Source of the DNA: an uncultured Candidatus Rokubacteria bacterium
GTDB lineage: Bacteria > Methylomirabilota > Methylomirabilia > Rokubacteriales > CSP1-6
DNA: 64,000 nt
Direction of reading: 5' to 3'
NCBI GenBank assembly: GCA_963789955.1
Contig: CAWBMV010000022.1
Location: forward strand, 288,001 to 352,000
Below are positions 10,028-20,359 of the stretch, piece after piece; the first letter of the stretch is position 1; the number at the start of each line of letters is the position of its first letter. The translations under genes and the position numbers were made by a program. Under the pieces are notes generated by a model. It was given only the letters and a program-made list of their open reading frames with translations. It was not told where the DNA came from and did not search any database.

Positions 10028-10828
10028 ATGATCATCGGCCTGGCGTCACCCGGCGTCGCCACGACCATCGACGACGGTCTAGACCGGATCAAGCGCCTCC
10101 TGTCCCAAGCATCCGCACAAGGCGCCGAGGTCGTGTGCTTCCCCGAGGCATATCTCCCGGGCTTGCGAGGCCAGGACTTCGAAGTTCCGCCCTTCGATCG
10201 GGCGCAGCAGGAGCGGGCGCTCGAAGCCGTGGCGCAGATGGCGCGAACGTACGCGGTGACCACGATCCTCGGAATGGAGAACGTCACCGAGGCGGGCCGC
10301 CAGATCGCCGCCTTCGTCATCGACGCCCACGGCCGGCTTCAGGGATGTCAGACCAAGAATCAGCTCGACCCGAGCGAGGATCGCTTCTACGTGCCGGGCG
10401 ACACACGGCAGATCTTCGAGGTCAACGGGACCAGGTTCGGTGTCGCGATCTGCCACGAGGGTTGGCGCTATCCCGAGACCGTGCGCTGGGCAGCGGTGCG
10501 CGGCGCCAAGATCGTCTTTCATCCCCACCAGACGGGGAGTGACAAGCAGGGTGTTCGGTTGACCGAGTGGGGCTCCGCGAGTGCGCCGTATTACGAGGGG
10601 GCCATGATGATGCGCAGCGTGGAGAACACGATCTATTTCGCCAGCGTCAACTACGCGATGCGCTTTCAAGAGTCGGCGACCGCGCTCATCGCTCCGTCCG
10701 GGCGGTGCCAGGCGTTCTTGCCCTACGGGCAGGAGGGCGTGCTGGTGCAGTCGATCAAGATCGAAGAGGCGACGGGCTTGCTCGCCAACCGCTATGCGCC
10801 CGAGCGGTATCGAGAATCCAGAACGTAG
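10028..10828 (+). CDS. Carbon-nitrogen hydrolase (nitrilase superfamily)
   Basis: VCFPEAYLPG (Glu), QTKNQL (Lys), AICHEGWRYPE (Cys) triad. Confidence 0.88.
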   Translation: MIIGLASPGVATTIDDGLDRIKRLLSQASAQGAEVVCFPEAYLPGLRGQDFEVPPFDRAQQERALEAVAQMARTYAVTTILGMENVTEAGRQIAAFVIDAHGRLQGCQTKNQLDPSEDRFYVPGDTRQIFEVNGTRFGVAICHEGWRYPETVRWAAVRGAKIVFHPHQTGSDKQGVRLTEWGSASAPYYEGAMMMRSVENTIYFASVNYAMRFQESATALIAPSGRCQAFLPYGQEGVLVQSIKIEEATGLLANRYAPERYRESRT

Positions 10829-10830
10829 TG

Positions 10831-11127
10831 ATGCCGACGTTCGCGGTGCGACGGGTTCGCGGGCCGGCCTGGAATACCGCAGTGCCGATGCGCGAGCAAG
10901 CTGGGTGGGCAGAGCATGCCGTCTTCATGAACGCGCTCGCCGCCGAGAGGTTCGTCGTTCTGGGGGGCCCGTTGGGTTCCGGCGAAGAGGTCCTGCTCGT
11001 GGTCGATTCGGCCAGCGAGCAGGTTGTCCGAACGCGTCTGGCCACCGATCCATGGAGCGGATCGGGTTTGCTAGACATCAAGAGCGTCGAGCCGTGGACC
11101 ATCCTGCTCGATAGCCGATCGCGGTGA
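10831..11127 (+). CDS. YciI-like protein
   Basis: MREQAGWAEHAVFMNAL...VLGGPL...RLATDPW...VEPWTILL. Confidence 0.7.
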   Translation: MPTFAVRRVRGPAWNTAVPMREQAGWAEHAVFMNALAAERFVVLGGPLGSGEEVLLVVDSASEQVVRTRLATDPWSGSGLLDIKSVEPWTILLDSRSR

Positions 11128-11148
11128 TCCCGCTGATCGAGTGACCCG

Positions 11149-11562
11149 ATGACCGACCGCCGTGTCGACGGCTTCTTCTACGGTCTCTACATGGACCTCG
11201 AGACTCTTCGCGCGGCCGGCGTGGCGCCGGCCAGCCCGCGGCGCGCGTACGTCGACGGTTTTGCGCTACGCATCGGCCAGCGCGCCACCTTGCTGCCGTC
11301 AGCGGGCGTTCGCGCCTACGGCATGCTCTACGCGGTCACCCATGCCGAGCTCGACCGGCTCTATACCGCGCCAGGTCTCGAGCACTATCGGCCGGAGGCG
11401 GTGATCGCGCATCCGCTGGGCGGCACGCCGACGCCGGCCCTCTGCTACAACCTGCGCGACGCGCCGCGGCCCCAGGAGCGAAATCCGGACTACGCGGAGC
11501 GTCTGCGGCGCGCGCTCACCAAGCTCGAGTTTCCGCCGGACTACATCGCGTCCGTGGAGTGA
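11149..11562 (+). CDS. Gamma-glutamylcyclotransferase-like protein
   Basis: FFYGLYMD motif, GQRATL, YGML, Y.PEAV, ALCYNL. Confidence 0.75.
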   Translation: MTDRRVDGFFYGLYMDLETLRAAGVAPASPRRAYVDGFALRIGQRATLLPSAGVRAYGMLYAVTHAELDRLYTAPGLEHYRPEAVIAHPLGGTPTPALCYNLRDAPRPQERNPDYAERLRRALTKLEFPPDYIASVE

Positions 11563-11579
11563 GCGTGCGTGGGCGGCCG

Positions 11580-12441
11580 CTAGCGGAGATGCGCGGCCTG
11601 CCGGCGCTTGTACTCTTCCTGCTTCAGCGCGACGTTCAGTAGCTCCTCCGAGGCGACGCGATCCTTGAGACCCGCGGGCGCGCCGCCCTCGCGCAGGTAC
11701 TTGAGGGTGTCGTACACCGCCTTGGCCGCGGCGTAGAAGGGATGATGCCCCTGCAGCGCGATGCGCACGCCCTGGCTCGCGAGATACGCGCGGTCGGAGA
11801 GTGCCGGCGTCGCCCCGCCCAGCATCAGCGGCAGCCGCGTGGCGCGACGGATCGCTTCGACCTCTTCGCGCTTGGCTGGCGCCCACGAGGAAGATCGCGT
11901 CGACCCCGGTGTCCTGGTACGCCCGGACGCGCTTTTCCGCTTCGGCGATGCCGCCGGCGCGCAGGGCGCTGGTGCGCCCGATGATGACGAGCGAGGGATC
12001 CTGGCGCGCCGCGACGGCGCCGCGGAGCTTGCCGAGCATTTCCTCGAGCGAGACCAGGCCCTCGGACTGCCCGCCGAACGGCGTGGGCAGCACCGTGTCC
12101 TCGATGGTCAGCGCGGCGACGCCGGCCGTCTCCAGCTCCTCGACCGTGCGCATGACGTTGAGCGCGTTGCCGTAGCCGTGATCGGCGTCGACCATCAGCG
12201 GCAGATCGCTACCGCGCGCGATGCGGCGGATCTGCTCGGCGAACTCGGTCAAGGTCAGGACGACGAGATCGGGCGCCCCGAGGACCGTCGCCGAGGCGAT
12301 CGAGCCCGCGAACATGCCCACCTCGAACCCGAGTGACTCGGCCATTCGCGCGGACATCGCATCGAACACCGACGCGGGATGCACGCAGGCCTGGCCTTCG
12401 AGGACTCGACGATACTGTTTGCGACGGTCGGTGAGCAGCAT
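11580..12441 (-). CDS. Oxaloacetate decarboxylase-like, isocitrate lyase/PEP mutase family; frameshift near 11875
   Basis: HPASVFDAMSAR...GAPDLVVLTLTEFAEQ...VDADHGYGNALNVMRTVEELETAGVAALTIEDT; C-terminus GVRIALQGH in a second frame. Confidence 0.85.
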
Positions 12442-13604
12442 CACGTTCCTTTCCTGGTCGTACCCAGAGGCAGCGGTTCGGCGTCGGGCGCCGGCGCCAC
12501 CTCGAACGCGTTGAGGATCGAGGCGACGATGCCGTAGTGGCCGATGAGACAGGTGAGCTCGACCAGCCACGGCACCCCGTGTCGGCCCTGAAGCCGATCG
12601 AACAGCGCGGCGCCGACGGCGTTGTCCTGGGCGAGCTGCCGCGTGTAGTCGACGATGTCGCGCTCGACGGACGGCAAGCCCGCGAGATCGCCACGGTCAC
12701 GCACCGCCGAGACGATCGCGGCGCTGAGGCCGGCCTGCCGCGCCGCCGGAGCGTGCGCGGCCCAGATGTAGGGGCAATCCTTCTCGCGCGCGGTGGCGAT
12801 GATGGCCAGCTCCCGCGAATCGGCCTCGAGCCCGGAGTTGAACCTGAGAAACGTCCCGACGTCGAGATGGCGCCGGCAAAGCAGGGGGCTGTGCATCAGG
12901 ATGCCGAAGGGGCCGCGCACGCTGCCGCGGCCTTCTGCGACGGTGTCGAAGATCGCGCGATGCCGCTCTTGCACCTGGTCGCGTCGAGTGAGGGGCGTGA
13001 CGCGCGGAGCGGCCAGCGGGGCGCGGACGGCCGCCGCGGTCGTGGCGGCGCGCGGCACGACCGGCAATTCTTCGGCGAGCATGGTCGGCGTGACCTCGAA
13101 CGCGTTCAAGATCCCGGCGAGCGCCTGATAGCGGCCGATCCACACCGTGAGCTCGACCAGCCACTGCGGCGTGTGGGCCTGGAGGAGCTGGGTGAACACG
13201 TCGGACTCGACGCGATTGTTCTGGATCAGCTGCCGGACGTAGGTGATGACGCTCGTCTCGGAGGCCGACAGCCCGGCGGTGGGCCGCCGATCGCGTACCG
13301 CGTCGATCGTGGCCACGGACACGCCCGCCTTCCGGGCGAGCGGCACGTGCGCGTTCCAGATGTAGCCGCAGTCGCGCTCGCGAGCCGTCGCGCAGACGGC
13401 GAGCTCGGCGTGCTCCGGCTCGACGATGCTGTGGCGGTGGAGGAACTCGCTGATCTCGTTCCAGGGCCTGGCGAGTCCGGGGCTGTGCAGCACGATGGTG
13501 GACGGGCCGCTGATGCGACCGCGGAGCGCGGCGAGCTCGTCGAAGAGCGCGTGGTCCTTGGCGGCCACGTCGTCCCGATTGACGATGAGCTTCACGCGCG
13601 CCAT
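12441..13604 (-). CDS. Carboxymuconolactone decarboxylase/AhpD-like protein with tandem duplicated domains
   Basis: Two repeats: GP..I.LHSP.L...ELA..ATARE.DC.YIW.AH...AR.AG...LVELT..IG.Y....ILNAFEV. Confidence 0.8.
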   Translation of the reverse strand: MARVKLIVNRDDVAAKDHALFDELAALRGRISGPSTIVLHSPGLARPWNEISEFLHRHSIVEPEHAELAVCATARERDCGYIWNAHVPLARKAGVSVATIDAVRDRRPTAGLSASETSVITYVRQLIQNNRVESDVFTQLLQAHTPQWLVELTVWIGRYQALAGILNAFEVTPTMLAEELPVVPRAATTAAAVRAPLAAPRVTPLTRRDQVQERHRAIFDTVAEGRGSVRGPFGILMHSPLLCRRHLDVGTFLRFNSGLEADSRELAIIATAREKDCPYIWAAHAPAARQAGLSAAIVSAVRDRGDLAGLPSVERDIVDYTRQLAQDNAVGAALFDRLQGRHGVPWLVELTCLIGHYGIVASILNAFEVAPAPDAEPLPLGTTRKGT

Positions 13605-13656
13605 GTGCCCTCCCTCTCGCCGGTCCCGCCGAGTGGCGGGCTGATCGTCCAGCAGC

Positions 13657-15201
13657 CTAGCGAGGCTTCAGCCGGACTTCTTCCAGCGGTGCCGACCACG
13701 GATACGGATCGATCAGCATCAACGCCGGCTCGGCGACCCGCGGCCCGATGCCGCTCGGCCAGATGAACTCCCAGAGCGGCCCGAAGCGCACGCGCTCGTA
13801 GAGCAGCTGCTGGATCTGATGGAGCGCCGCCTCGCGCTTGCGCCGGTCCGGCTCGCGCGATTGTTGGCGGTAGAGCGCCTCCACGTCGGGATCGGCGCCG
13901 CGCGCGTAGGCGCCCTCGCTCGGCACCGTGTCGGCCAGGCGCGTGGCGGCGTTGCCGTAGCTCGCCACCGTGCACATGCAGAGGCCGTGGAGCTTCTTGG
14001 TGGACCACGCGGTCTGCAGCGCCGCGCGCTCCATCGTGCGTACCTTGATCTTGATCCCGACCGCGCCGAGGTAGCCGGCGATCGTCTCGCCCGTCGAGAA
14101 GTAGGGCGGGTAGGGGTAGAGGTCGCCGGCGTCGAAGCCGTTGGGATACCCCGCCTCGGCGAGAAGCTGCCGCGACTTCGCCGGGTCGTAGGGGTACGGC
14201 TCGAGCGCCAGCGCGAACTCGAACTTGCGAGGCACCATGGCGCCCGTCAGGCGCGAGGCGCCGAGCGTCTCGGCCTCGTTGAGCGCGCGGCGATCGATCG
14301 CGGTGATCGCGGCCAGCCGGACGCGCCGGTCGTACCAGGGCGATTTCGGATCCCACTGGTCGAAGAAATCGATGTAGTGAATGCCGATCGCGCCCGAGAA
14401 GGCGAGCCGGATCGACGGGTCACGCTTGAGCTCGAGCGCCGTCGGCGCGTCGAGCATGTACGCCACGTCCACCTCGCCGTTCTTGAGCATGGCCGCGCGC
14501 GTGGTGGCGTCGGGCACCGTCTTGAACACCAGGCGCTTCACCGCGGGCATCTTGCGCCAGTAGCCTTCGTACGCTTCCATGACCAGCTCGATGCCCGGCG
14601 TGTGGCTCACGAACTTGTAGGGCCCGAGCCCGACCGGCCGTTTCTTGAAGCCCTCGTCCCCGACGCTCTCGACGTATTTCTTCGGCACGATCCAGCCGGC
14701 GCCGGTCGCCAGGGTGCCGTAGAACGCCATGAAGTCGGGGAACGGTTCGGTGAGGTGGAAGCGCACCCGCGAGGGGCTGACGACCTCGACGTCGCGCACC
14801 TTGTCCTTCAGAACCTTGCCGACCTTCGAGCGCTGGAAGGTGAACTTCACGTCCTCGGCGGTGAACGGGTCGCCGTTGTGAAATTTCACGCCCTCGCGCA
14901 GCTTGAACTCGTACACGCGCTGATCGGCGCTCACCGTCCACGACTCGGCCAGGCTCGGCGCCATGAGATTGCCGGGCATCGGCTTCACGAGCGCATCGTG
15001 CAGCGCGTAGAGGATCCAGAACGGGGTCAGGAAGCCGGCCGTCGTCTCGCCCGGGTCGAACCAGGCCGGCGCCAGGGTCACGTAGAGCGCCCAGCGCATC
15101 TCGCCCTCGGGCTTGGCCTGGGGCGCCACCGGTTTCGGCTGAGCGCCGACATCGGTGACGAGCCCGACGACGAGCACGGCGGCGAGCAGAAGTCGGATCA
15201 T
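13657..15201 (-). CDS. ABC transporter substrate-binding protein, family 5 (paralog of 8468..10015)
   Basis: EGEMRWALYVTLAPAWFDP...SLAESW...FHNGDPFTAEDVKF...PVGLGPYKF. Confidence 0.92.
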   Translation of the reverse strand: MIRLLLAAVLVVGLVTDVGAQPKPVAPQAKPEGEMRWALYVTLAPAWFDPGETTAGFLTPFWILYALHDALVKPMPGNLMAPSLAESWTVSADQRVYEFKLREGVKFHNGDPFTAEDVKFTFQRSKVGKVLKDKVRDVEVVSPSRVRFHLTEPFPDFMAFYGTLATGAGWIVPKKYVESVGDEGFKKRPVGLGPYKFVSHTPGIELVMEAYEGYWRKMPAVKRLVFKTVPDATTRAAMLKNGEVDVAYMLDAPTALELKRDPSIRLAFSGAIGIHYIDFFDQWDPKSPWYDRRVRLAAITAIDRRALNEAETLGASRLTGAMVPRKFEFALALEPYPYDPAKSRQLLAEAGYPNGFDAGDLYPYPPYFSTGETIAGYLGAVGIKIKVRTMERAALQTAWSTKKLHGLCMCTVASYGNAATRLADTVPSEGAYARGADPDVEALYRQQSREPDRRKREAALHQIQQLLYERVRFGPLWEFIWPSGIGPRVAEPALMLIDPYPWSAPLEEVRLKPR

Positions 15202-15935
15202 GGCCTATCGCCCCACACGACGTAGCGCCGATGCGTGCGTCGCTCCAGCCCTTCGTCGACCATTCGTTGCGCCTGCGCGGCGACCAGATCGTCGAGCGAG
15301 TCGCCGCGGACGTTCTTGACGCCGTGCGCGGTCAATAGACGCTCGATCTCCTCGCGCGAGCGGCCGCCCAGGAACGGCAGCCGATCGCCGATCGCCGCGT
15401 ACTCCTGGCTCGAGCGCGCGCTTCCCGCCGGCTGCTTCAGAGCGCCGGCGTCGAACTGGCCGTCCACGACGACCAGGCGCGCTCCCGGCCTCAGGACGCG
15501 GATCCATTCGTCGATCGCGGCCTCCGGGTGCGGGAGCGTCCACAGTAGATGGCGGCTGATGACGAGATCGAAGCTGCCGGCCGCGAACTGAAGCTGCTCG
15601 GCGTCGCCCTCTTCGAGGCGGACCGTGGCCCCGCGCTCGGCGGCCTTGCGCCGCGCCTCGGCGATCATCGCCGGCGCAAAGTCGATGCCGGTGACGCGGT
15701 GACCGCGCGCCGCGAGCTCGAAGGTGAGAAAGCCGGTGCCGCAGCCGACGTCGAGCGCGTCGAGCTGGCCGCGGGCGGGAACCACGAGGTCGAGGATGCG
15801 ATCCCACGCGGCGCGCTCGCCCGCCGTGCGGATGCTGTGACCGAAGTCCGTGTCGAAACCGGGCGCCCGCCGGTCCCAGTGCGCCGCGACCTGCTGCTTG
15901 ACGACGTCGGGCTCACCGGACGAGCGGGCGCCCAC
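15198..15935 (-). CDS. Class I SAM-dependent methyltransferase
   Basis: LDVGCGTG, GIDFAPAMI, GDAEQL, FDLVISRHLLWTLP, RVLRPG. Confidence 0.9.
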   Translation of the reverse strand: MGARSSGEPDVVKQQVAAHWDRRAPGFDTDFGHSIRTAGERAAWDRILDLVVPARGQLDALDVGCGTGFLTFELAARGHRVTGIDFAPAMIAEARRKAAERGATVRLEEGDAEQLQFAAGSFDLVISRHLLWTLPHPEAAIDEWIRVLRPGARLVVVDGQFDAGALKQPAGSARSSQEYAAIGDRLPFLGGRSREEIERLLTAHGVKNVRGDSLDDLVAAQAQRMVDEGLERRTHRRYVVWGDRP

Positions 15936-15938
15936 GAC

Positions 15939-16295
15939 TTACACCTTCTCGATCACTTCGATTTGCACGCCATCAGGCGCTTCCAGGAAGCAGACGCGCC
16001 GCCCGTTGTTCGGCGGCAGCTCCTCGAGGATGCGGACACCCTTGGCCCGGAGCTGGGCGAGCGTGCCCGTATAGTCGTCGGTATCCACCGCGATGTGCTC
16101 GATGCCGTAGTGCTGCTCGCGGCGCTGCGAGTCGATCAGACCGGTGATGTTGAGCTGCAGCCCGTGAAGATTGACGCGGTAGCCGCGCGCGCCCATGTCG
16201 GCGAGCAACGTCGCGCCCAGGTGGTCGACATAGAACTGCATCGTCTGCTTGGGATCGCGCGTCTTCACGTGCACGTGATGGGTGCCGAACGCCAT
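15939..16295 (-). CDS. VOC (glyoxalase) family protein
   Basis: HHVHVK...YGIEHIAV...FLEAPDGVQIEVIE. Confidence 0.85.
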   Translation of the reverse strand: MAFGTHHVHVKTRDPKQTMQFYVDHLGATLLADMGARGYRVNLHGLQLNITGLIDSQRREQHYGIEHIAVDTDDYTGTLAQLRAKGVRILEELPPNNGRRVCFLEAPDGVQIEVIEKV

Positions 16296-16597
16296 GACCG
16301 CTCTCCTAGTGGGCCGCCGGTGCCGGTTGCCACGCCGAAGATCTCCTTGATCGCATCGCGGATCTTGTGGATCTCCTTCAGCGCCGGCAGGAAATCGATG
16401 GCGCCCGGAGCCTTCCGGTCGTAGAGCTTCTTGCCATCGAGGTACACTTCGAACCTGCCGCTGTCGGACGGGGTGAGGGTGATCGCCGTTTCCCGGTAGT
16501 TGATCGAGGACAGCTCAGCCGCCACACTGACGGCTACGGGCAGGTACCCTCAGACGACGCAGTAGACGATCTCGACGTGACATTTGCCTTCGGCCAT
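16265..16597 (-). CDS. Rdx/SelW-family selenoprotein (CxxU), in-frame UGA at 16552-16550
   Basis: AAGGAGG RBS then ATG 16597: MAEGKCHVEIVYCVV-UGA-GYLPVAVSVAAEL...LTPSDSGRFEVYLDGKKLYDRK; in frame with ORF 16265..16525; true stop may be TAG at 16308-16306 if one C is an indel. Confidence 0.85.
16517..16535 (-). promoter_or_regulatory. Putative bacterial SECIS hairpin
   Basis: 14 nt after the UGA: AGCCGUCA-GUG-UGGCGGCU, 8-bp stem with one U-G pair and an apical loop beginning GU. Confidence 0.65.
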
Positions 16598-16641
16598 TTT
16601 GGGCCCTCCTTGGAGATGATAGTTGGCATGTTAACCGGAGC

Positions 16642-17325
16642 ATGAGCGTCCAGCAACGGCGTTGCCGAGGCGAGGAAATCGGCGTGGTCGAGAACGGCCA
16701 CGGCCGCGCCTGGCCGGCGGGCGAGGTGGTGATCGCCGCCGTGACCCGACCGGCCGGGAAATACTACGTTCTGGCCATCCCGCAGGCCGCCCTGGGGGGC
16801 GAGGCGCTCACGGCTTTTCTGGCGCAGGTCGCGCCCTTTGGGTGCCCCGTGCCCGGATCGCTGATCCGGGCCTATAGCCTGCCGGACGCGCCATTCCCGT
16901 CGATTCTCCTGAAGGAGCACGAGGTGGCCCCCGACGGTATCGCGGATGCGTATCGCCGGTTCCTCGCCGTGGCCCGCCGGCCCTGGATAGCCGCCCTCGA
17001 CCAGACAGGTCCGGGCCTCTGTCCCGTGCTGGCCTGGGAAGCAGGGACCACACGGCGCCTCGTCGGTCCTGAGGAATTGGCCGGGGTGGCGGCCGAAGCG
17101 GGTCTCACGCAGACGGGCGTTGCCGATGGCTATCTCGGCCGCGGCTTGCTGCTGCTCGCCCATCCCGAGCTCGCGGAGGCCTGGCAGACACTGATGTCGC
17201 TCGGCGGCCCCACCAAGATCCGAAAGATCACCGGCCGCGAGTTCCCGGTCTGGGTCGACCTCCCGGCCCACCAGCCATCGCTTCTGAGCAGTCCGATCCT
17301 GACAAACGTCGAGAGTCTGCTCTAG
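16642..17325 (+). CDS. Hypothetical protein divergent from the selenoprotein gene
   Basis: 227-aa ORF with GGAG RBS filling the gap between two minus-strand genes; no family recognised. Confidence 0.6.
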   Translation: MSVQQRRCRGEEIGVVENGHGRAWPAGEVVIAAVTRPAGKYYVLAIPQAALGGEALTAFLAQVAPFGCPVPGSLIRAYSLPDAPFPSILLKEHEVAPDGIADAYRRFLAVARRPWIAALDQTGPGLCPVLAWEAGTTRRLVGPEELAGVAAEAGLTQTGVADGYLGRGLLLLAHPELAEAWQTLMSLGGPTKIRKITGREFPVWVDLPAHQPSLLSSPILTNVESLL

Positions 17326-17351
17326 CCGCCGTCACAGCTAGCCCGGTCCCG

Positions 17352-18272
17352 TTAGCTCAGCCCCGTGATCGAAGCCAGTGCCTCGAGCTGCTCGACGTGG
17401 CGGGACACCGGGTTCAACAAGAGATGGTTCGCGCCATTGCTGACGAGCTCCTCGAGGCGCTCGCGGACCTGCTCGGGCGTGCCGTGGATACCGGAGGCGT
17501 CGGTCCCCGCGGGGTTGTGGTAGACGACGCTGTACCAGCGATGAAGCTCGTCCCGCGCGACGTCGGCCCGCTCGTCGACCGCGAGAAACACGCGCTTCGA
17601 GATCGGAAACGTCTTCGGATCGCGCCGTGCCTTCTCGAGGTGCTCGCGCAGCAAGGGGACCGATCGCTTGAAGTCGGCGTGGCTCGAGCCGCCCGCGCCC
17701 ATCCACCCGTCGGCCATCACGGCGGCGCGGCGGATCGCATCGGGGTGCCCGCCGCCGAACCAGATCGGTGGATGCGGCTTCTGCACGGGCTTGGGGGACA
17801 TGCCGCCGGCCTCGAGCTGATAGATGCTGCCGCGATAGTCGATCTTCGGCTCGGTCCACAGCGCCTTGATCAGCTCGACCTCCTCACGGAAGCGCCGGAT
17901 GCGATGCTCGCGCGGGACCTGGAACTGCGTGTAGTGCTGGTCACGCCCGAGCCCGACGCCGAGGATCGCGCGGCCGTTGCTCGCGTAGTCGAGCGTGGCC
18001 ACCTGGTGCGCGACGTGAATCGGGTTCTGGACCGGCAGAACGGCCACCGACACGCCGACGCGGATCGACCTCGTGACCGCGGCCGCGTACGTCAGGATGA
18101 CCATCGGGTCGAACGAGAAGACGTGATCCAGCGTGTTCTCGGTCACCCACAGGTCGCGGAAGCCGAGCGCGTCGGCGCGCTGCGCGACCCGGTGCACGAC
18201 GCTCATGTCGATCGGCTCGGGCGAGCGGTGGGGCAGCGACATCCCGAGCGTGATCGTGTCTTTCAGGGCCAT
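17352..18272 (-). CDS. LLM-class flavin-dependent oxidoreductase
   Basis: ADALGFRDLWVTE, DPMVILTYAAAVT, VATLDYASNGRAILGVGLG, PKPVQKPHPPIWFGG. Confidence 0.9.
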   Translation of the reverse strand: MALKDTITLGMSLPHRSPEPIDMSVVHRVAQRADALGFRDLWVTENTLDHVFSFDPMVILTYAAAVTRSIRVGVSVAVLPVQNPIHVAHQVATLDYASNGRAILGVGLGRDQHYTQFQVPREHRIRRFREEVELIKALWTEPKIDYRGSIYQLEAGGMSPKPVQKPHPPIWFGGGHPDAIRRAAVMADGWMGAGGSSHADFKRSVPLLREHLEKARRDPKTFPISKRVFLAVDERADVARDELHRWYSVVYHNPAGTDASGIHGTPEQVRERLEELVSNGANHLLLNPVSRHVEQLEALASITGLS

Positions 18273-18294
18273 GGTCTTCCTGCCTCCCGGCGGT

Positions 18295-18833
18295 CTAGTG
18301 GTTCTTCAGCGGTTCGGCGTCGATCAGGACGAACAGCATGCGGCAGGTCCGGTCGCTGCGATTCGACCAGGCATGATACGTCCCGCGCTGGATCAGCACG
18401 TCGCCCGGCCGCATGAGCGTCTCGCCTTCGTCCAGCACCGCCCACACCTCGCCCTCGAGGCAGATCGCGTAGTCGACGGTGTCCGGTCGCGTGAAAGCCC
18501 GGGTGCCGAGCCGAGCGATCGGGCGTGGTCTTGCAGTTCCGCCGCCGGAGCTCGTCGGGATCGTAGGCGTGGAGCTTGTCCGGCACGATGTCGGTGATGC
18601 GGACGACGGTACCGGCCGCCACGGTGATCGGGCGGGGTCCGCATGATCACACCGTCCGGCGCCGGATCGTTGGTTCCCTCGTTGGAGGCCGGCGCCGCGT
18701 TGGTGGTCCAGAGCCCGGTGCGTACGGCGGCACCCGGCGCGACCGGTGCCGTCGGAAGCATCGTGTCGGAGAGGATGAACGAGCGCCCGGCGGCGTTGAC
18801 CCCGGTCACGATCCTGCGCACTTTGCCCGGCAT
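18295..18833 (-). CDS. Cupin domain protein, frameshifted
   Basis: VRRIVTGVNAAGRS...LWTT; downstream frames give TVDYAICLEGEVWAVLD...GDVLIQRGTYHAWSNRSDR.CRMLFVLIDAEP. Confidence 0.75.
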
Positions 18834-18846
18834 GTCGCGTTCTCCT

Positions 18847-20250
18847 TCACGCCTTCTTCAAGGTGAGCTGGACGAGCCGGTCGGCGCGGTCCTGCCGGTC
18901 CAGATCACGGCAGGTGGCGATGATCTCCTCGAACTGCGCCGCCGGAATCGGCAAGCCCGGGATGACGTCCCGGATGCGGCGGGTCTCCTCGGCGAAGTTC
19001 CAGATGAACTCGCGGCCGGTGGACTGCTTCGTGTAGCTCTTGCCGTCCTTGGTGAAGATCGTGATGCGCGGGCCGAAGAGCGTCATCGCGTGCGACGGGA
19101 TCAGGGTCACGCGCTTCATGAGATCGAGCACCTCGGGCGGATCGTCGGCGCCGGCCGGGTCGACGTGCGCCGTTCAGCAGCGGGAAGCCGCGCTTCACGA
19201 CGCCGTAGGCCGTGTAGTACGGCGGTGCTGCCCGGCCTCGAGTCCAGATCCTCGCGCCGGCTCGGAAACGCCGGGCTCGGATACTGCGTCTCGAGCCAGT
19301 TCACCACGGCCTCGACGCGCTCGACGTCCTCGTAGGCGATGTCGTGCTCCTCGCACAGCTTGGCCGTGACGTCGATGTGGGCGATGTTGTAGCCGGCGGT
19401 CGAGTAGATCCGATAGAGCGTCTCGAGGAACATCCAGTCGCTTGCCGAGTCCAGCGGTGATCTTGTCGAGGCTCGTGTGCGTGTCGCCGACGAAGCTGTA
19501 GGTGAGCCGTCCCTGATTGTTGCCGGCGTAGGCGTGATAGAAGCCGGCGTCGCCCTCGAGCACCGTCTCGCCGCCCGGCGTGGCCCTGCCTGGCCAGCGC
19601 GACCGCCAGCATCGCGTTGCGCACGGCGCCGCCCTCGCGCAGCGCGCGGCCGCCGCTGCGCGCGCCTTCGAGATTGCCGGCGGCGAGGCTCGCGCAGAGC
19701 GCGATCGTGCTGTTCACCTGGTCTTCGGTGAAGCCCATGATCTTCGCGGCGGCGACCGCGGCGCCGAAGATGCCGAACACCGACGCCGGCGTGGAAGCCG
19801 CGCGCCATCACCGTGGGGATGAAGTCGGCCGCCATCCGCTCCATGACCTCGTAGCCCGCCGCGAGGCCGGTGAGAAAGTCGCGCCCGGATGCGCCGGCGG
19901 TCTCGGCGGCGACGAAGGCGCCGCGGGATGATGCTCGTGCCCGGGTGCGTCAGCATGCGGAAGGTGTCCCACTTGCCGCCGGCCATCGCCATCTCGGCGT
20001 TCGCGAACGCCGCGCCGCCCCTGGTCACCCGCGCGCCGTCCACCATGATGGTGGCGCCGTGCTTCACGCCGGCTTCTTCCTCACTGATGAGCTTGATCGC
20101 CTGCCGGCCGCCCGGCGTCAGCGAGCCGAGCAGCACGGAGGCGAGGCCCTGCAGGGTGACGCCCTTCGCGCGATCGACCACGTCGGGCGGCAGATCCTCG
20201 TAGCGAAGTCCGACGACCCACTGCGCGAGCTGCCGACTGAGCGATGCCAT
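18847..20250 (-). CDS. MmgE/PrpD family protein, several frameshifts
   Basis: LAQWVVGLRYEDLPPDVVDRAK...AAFANA...HPG; FGIFGAAVAAAKIMG; LEGDAGFYHAY segments spread over several frames. Confidence 0.8.
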
Positions 20251-20295
20251 CGCGTTCGTCTCCTTGCGGCCGGAGGGATGGAGCGTTGAGGTGCG

Positions 20296-20339
20296 GCCCG
20301 GGCGGCACGCCGGCCTCGCGCCAGCGGTGCCGCCCGGGC
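20296..20339. repeat. GC-rich intergenic inverted repeat (REP-like hairpin)
   Basis: GCCCGGGCGGCAC (20296-20308) is the exact reverse complement of GTGCCGCCCGGGC (20327-20339), with an imperfect inner stem. Confidence 0.6.
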
Positions 20340-20359
20340 GGTGGATCGACCGGTGAGAG

